Source: Methanobacteriota archaeon
Lineage (GTDB): Archaea > Halobacteriota > Bog-38 > Methanoflorentales > Methanoflorentaceae
Assembly (NCBI GenBank): GCA_963719035.1
Contig: CAVRAO010000002.1
Location: 96,001 to 160,000, forward strand
DNA length: 64,000 nucleotides
Direction of reading: 5' to 3'
Position 1 is the first letter of the stretch. Every line of letters begins with the position of its first letter. Under the pieces are notes generated by a model. The model was not told the DNA's origin. It worked only from the letters and a program-made list of their open reading frames with translations, and did no database searches. The translations under genes and the position numbers were made by a program. Below, piece after piece: positions 60,532-64,000 of this stretch.

Positions 60532-61017
60532 ATGCCCCACGGATTCATAATTAACGGCGTAAAAGACGCACTTGCAGCCGCCTTAGGGATACTTGAGTCA
60601 CAACAAAAAGAGGTCGCGTGGCTTGTGCCACCTTCGGTTCATTCCCTCGCAACGACCCTTGGCTTCCTTGAAGCAATGAGGGCATTTGTCAAGCGCGGCG
60701 GAGTGTCACGAGGAATAGTTGCCGTGTCGCGCGAGAACGTTGACGAGATACGAATGAGCGTAGAGAGTGGCGAGGACATTCGCCATAGTGACGCGGTGCA
60801 CGAAGTCTTCATGTATGTAGGAGACAAGCAGAAGAGCGTTAGCGCGCTAAACATTGGAGTTGTGGAATTCAGGCTCGATACTCCGGTCGCTGCCTTTTGG
60901 AGTGAAGACCCCACATATATAGAGTACCTGCTCGCTGCCTTCGAGACTGTATGGGCACAGGCAATACCTGCTCAGGAGCGGATAGAGCAGTTAGAAAAAG
61001 AAAAAAAGCAGCGCTAA
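60532..61017 (+). CDS. Stand-alone TrmB-type sensor domain (no HTH)
   Basis: IINGVKDAL..EVAWLVPP..GEDIRH..GDKQKS..FWSEDPTYIEYL. Confidence 0.85.
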   Translation: MPHGFIINGVKDALAAALGILESQQKEVAWLVPPSVHSLATTLGFLEAMRAFVKRGGVSRGIVAVSRENVDEIRMSVESGEDIRHSDAVHEVFMYVGDKQKSVSALNIGVVEFRLDTPVAAFWSEDPTYIEYLLAAFETVWAQAIPAQERIEQLEKEKKQR

Positions 61018-61691
61018 ACGTCATGTGCCTTTAAAGGCTCAGCTTTGTTTTTAGTCGCCGGCTGTTCTCTTGGCTCATTTAACCACACACAGAAGGCAAC
61101 GTTGTCAAGCGCCTAGAACGAGTCGCTGCTTGAACTTGAGCTGCTCGAACTCGACGACAAGTTACTGCTGCTACTGCGATATGCAGAAATTACACTTCGC
61201 ATAGTTTTATGACTTAAACAGTCAATTATAGGGCATCAAAAACATAACCGAAGTTGGAATAGCTACGTAAAAGCAAAAAAGCCATTATTTACGAAATAAG
61301 GGGACATGAAGGGGATCCTGTTTTCATTATTCGATTCGACCCCGGAATACATCGTACGTCAGATGTAATCGCCGTTGGACAGATCAACCCGAGCAGCAGT
61401 TTCTACTTTTAGAATCGGAGCCTCGCAAAGGCTCTCGCTTCTGGTCTCTGTGAGAACGCGCAAGAAAGTTTTGTGTCACGTTTTGGAAGACTACCTAGCT
61501 AGCAGCAGCGAAGCTCGCGCATAGCGCGACTGCTCGCGCAAGCAAGCAAACGATGAGCTCAAAGTCTGAACTTCAGTGTCTTTTTTGCCGTGCTGCGCGG
61601 CATCTGAGCGCCATGAGTGTGCCGAACGGGTTCTTCAAAAGATTTCAGCAAAAACTTTTTCACTTCATCGTGAGCGTACTCCTAGTACGGT

Positions 61692-62555
61692 ATGACGAGC
61701 GATGATGAGTTTACCCTACGACTCACCGAGTTCGCATTGAGCCAGAAGGAAGCCCGGGTCTATTTTCAGTTGCTCAAATATGGGCCGCAGCCTGCAGCTG
61801 TCGTTGCAAAGCGTCTGGAGACGTATCGTGAGGACGTGCATCGAACATTGAGGCAGCTTGTTAAGAAGGGCATCGCGTGCCAATCACTGAGCAAACCAGC
61901 AGTACACGCGGCGATGCCCCTTGAAGACGCGCTTGATGCGGCCCTGAGACAAAAAACCAGAGAACTGCGGTACAAAGAGGATGTGAAGCAAGAGCTCATC
62001 AGGCTTGCGCCGCGCGTGAGTCCCTTGCCGCTGGAAGAGTATTGCAGTTATCGGGTGGTGACTGGCTGCAATGAGTGCATCGCGGCTAGCTTGGTGCAGG
62101 CCGAAGCGGCGGTGCACGATATTTTAACGATCGGTCACCCTGCTGCGCTGGCATACTCATACAAACAAGGATTTTTCAAGACGTTTCTAGACGCAGTGGA
62201 GCACGGGGTGGAGATGCGCTTCATCCTCGACGTATCCAGTCAAGCACTTGACGCGGTTCGCGCTGCTATCGAAGGAGGGATCGACGTGCGGCATTATGAG
62301 CAGTACCGAGGGATAATGTTCACGCTCGTTGACTCTAAGGAGAGTTTCACGGTTGTGGCGTTTGATCCGCGTTACAGTCCTAAGGACACTAAGCATACCG
62401 CATTTTTGTGCGACAACCCTAAGTACGCGCACAGACTTGCAACCCAGTTTGAGCTGGTCTGGAGACAATCGATCGACGGAACGCAGCGGGCACAAGATTT
62501 GAGGAGCGAAACTCCAGACCCCGCCTCTGACCGGTCCAGCGCGTCCACGTTGTAA
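61692..62555 (+). CDS. TrmB-like regulator (divergent)
   Basis: TYREDVHRTL; GIDVRH..YRG..DSK; CDNPKYA..FELVW. Confidence 0.88.
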   Translation: MTSDDEFTLRLTEFALSQKEARVYFQLLKYGPQPAAVVAKRLETYREDVHRTLRQLVKKGIACQSLSKPAVHAAMPLEDALDAALRQKTRELRYKEDVKQELIRLAPRVSPLPLEEYCSYRVVTGCNECIAASLVQAEAAVHDILTIGHPAALAYSYKQGFFKTFLDAVEHGVEMRFILDVSSQALDAVRAAIEGGIDVRHYEQYRGIMFTLVDSKESFTVVAFDPRYSPKDTKHTAFLCDNPKYAHRLATQFELVWRQSIDGTQRAQDLRSETPDPASDRSSASTL

Positions 62556-63045
62556 AAAGTGCTTGCACGCAGCAGCAAACGTCGGCTTTAAACCGTCCGC
62601 TTGAGAACAATAGGGTTATGTGGTGTAAGAAGTGGCAATCGCCTCACAGATTAGGTTTTCAACAGGACGTTTCCCTAATACCGCAAATAGACATTATACA
62701 CGTGCTCAGGCAGCGGATGCCAATAGTTGCCACATAGGTTCTTACGTCGGAGCCTGTGTTAGGCTCCGGCTATCGTACAGAAGAAATAAATGAAGCTCGG
62801 CTATGTGTAATTCGAGCGCTTTAAAGCACGGGCGCGGTTATATTCAGTCCCATGTTTGACAGGGCCGTCTGCAGGCTGAATCATACTATAAAATTAACTT
62901 AAAAAGAAGAGAAACAAGCGGCCTCATATGCTATTGTTCACCTTACCTTAGCATGCTTTGTTCGATTGCAGTGCTGCCGCGTAGGGTCGAACGCGAAAAA
63001 GAAGAGGAACGGTTAAGCTAACACGTGTGCTGCTTGCATAAGCGT

Positions 63046-63345
63046 ATGCAATTTCGACTGGTAGTTATCGGACTCATCGTGTTGGTTATAATCGGGTTCG
63101 TAGTTTTTGTTGCAGGTTCAGTTGTCATAGGCGTAGATATGGCTATATATCCGGCGTGGATGTGGATCATTTCCCTCGTTGTCATCATTTTCCTTACCGC
63201 CATTATCGCCGTGCTACTGGTAGGATGGCAGGATTCCCATTACGACGAGGACGCGCCTGACGAAGAACGCTACTATCGGGACCGCCGCCGCTGCGTTGCA
63301 TGTAACAGCTCTATATTAGGCAATATGCTATCCTACTTGTGCTAG
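63046..63345 (+). CDS. Small two-TM membrane protein
   Basis: Two hydrophobic segments, charged tail with CxxC. Confidence 0.55.
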   Translation: MQFRLVVIGLIVLVIIGFVVFVAGSVVIGVDMAIYPAWMWIISLVVIIFLTAIIAVLLVGWQDSHYDEDAPDEERYYRDRRRCVACNSSILGNMLSYLC

Positions 63346-63346
63346 T

Positions 63347-63460
63347 TTTTGGACAATCAGGGGATGTGCCTGAGCTTAATTGGCAATTTGGAGACTATTG
63401 TCAGGTATATCCTTAGCTTTCGGGAAGCAAAACATAGGGTCGTAATGCGCTGCAGTAATA
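63347..63460 (+). ncRNA. Candidate structured RNA / dispersed repeat, copy B
   Basis: GGATGTGCCTGA...TCAGGTATATCC stem with G-U pairs; homologous to 54010-54123. Confidence 0.45.
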
Positions 63461-63734
63461 TGAGGGTTGATCAAATGCCAATTGACATCAGTTGAGCCCA
63501 TCACGCGGAAACCCACACTTTTACCGCAGCCCCTTACGCCTGCTTTGTATCTCTCAATTCTTAAAATGTAAATTTAAGGAGCAAAGAGCTGACGCTATTT
63601 GATAAAATAACGCTTTAAAGGCAATGTTCTCTTATTAACTACAGGTGTGTGCTGGACGGTAGCTGGACAGTATAAACTACATACCATCCACACGTGCTTT
63701 TTGATAGAAAAAAGAAAAGGGGGCAAAGCCCCTA

Positions 63735-64000
63735 CTATGCCTTCACTACGACGGTGTGCGCTGCGCGGTCTCCAGTCCGCTGTCTCTTATCTGACGTCCA
63801 AATAAGAATTGCACCGAGCAAGAACGGAATAATGAACGGTATTGCGTCGATGATCAGCAGTAAGGAACGCACGAGTGCATCGACATAGCCAATCTTTGAA
63901 CCATCCTCTTTGACCACTTTAATCTTAAGGGCCATCATGCCTACCGTCTGTCCATACGCTCCCAAGAGGAGCGTGAAATAGATGAGCACGATGAGTGATG
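63735..64000 (-). CDS. RDD family membrane protein (5' end outside window)
   Basis: GQTVGM..LKIKVV..G..ALVR..RQRTGDRAAHTVVV. Confidence 0.88.
   Translation of the reverse strand, partial: SLIVLIYFTLLLGAYGQTVGMMALKIKVVKEDGSKIGYVDALVRSLLLIIDAIPFIIPFLLGAILIWTSDKRQRTGDRAAHTVVVKA

Overview
An archaeal chromosome segment, probably a methanogen-like Halobacteriota member (histone, cdrS-ftsZ2, methanofuran mfnD/E/F, hyp genes). Most of it is housekeeping: 9 intact tRNAs (3 with introns), translation/SRP genes, aroAC, cobQD and a hem cluster. Many essential genes carry 1-nt frameshifts, so the assembly is probably indel-prone. Two accessory regions stand out. (1) A ~9.5 kb island at 26.7-36.1 kb, between mfnF and mfnE, plus a satellite at 59.5-62.6 kb. 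Together they hold 10 TrmB-like genes: 6 with a nearly invariant recognition helix and divergent sensor domains, and 4 HTH-less stand-alone sensor domains. The island also has a UbiA prenyltransferase plus sterol-methyltransferase-like gene pair, and copies of an unannotated C-x4-H-x2-C-x7-9-C-x2-C micro-protein. A shared GTGACA-N9-TGTCAC-type site lies a fixed distance upstream of TATA-like boxes. This is the best candidate for an undescribed signalling or regulatory system, though its function is inferred. (2) Two tandem tyrosine-integrase elements in tRNA-Asp at 51.6-59.5 kb, one duplicating the promoter and 5' half and the other the 3' half, so the working tRNA appears fully element-derived. 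Also seen: an 11-bp-phased motif array upstream of cdrS-ftsZ2 and a two-copy structured ncRNA candidate.
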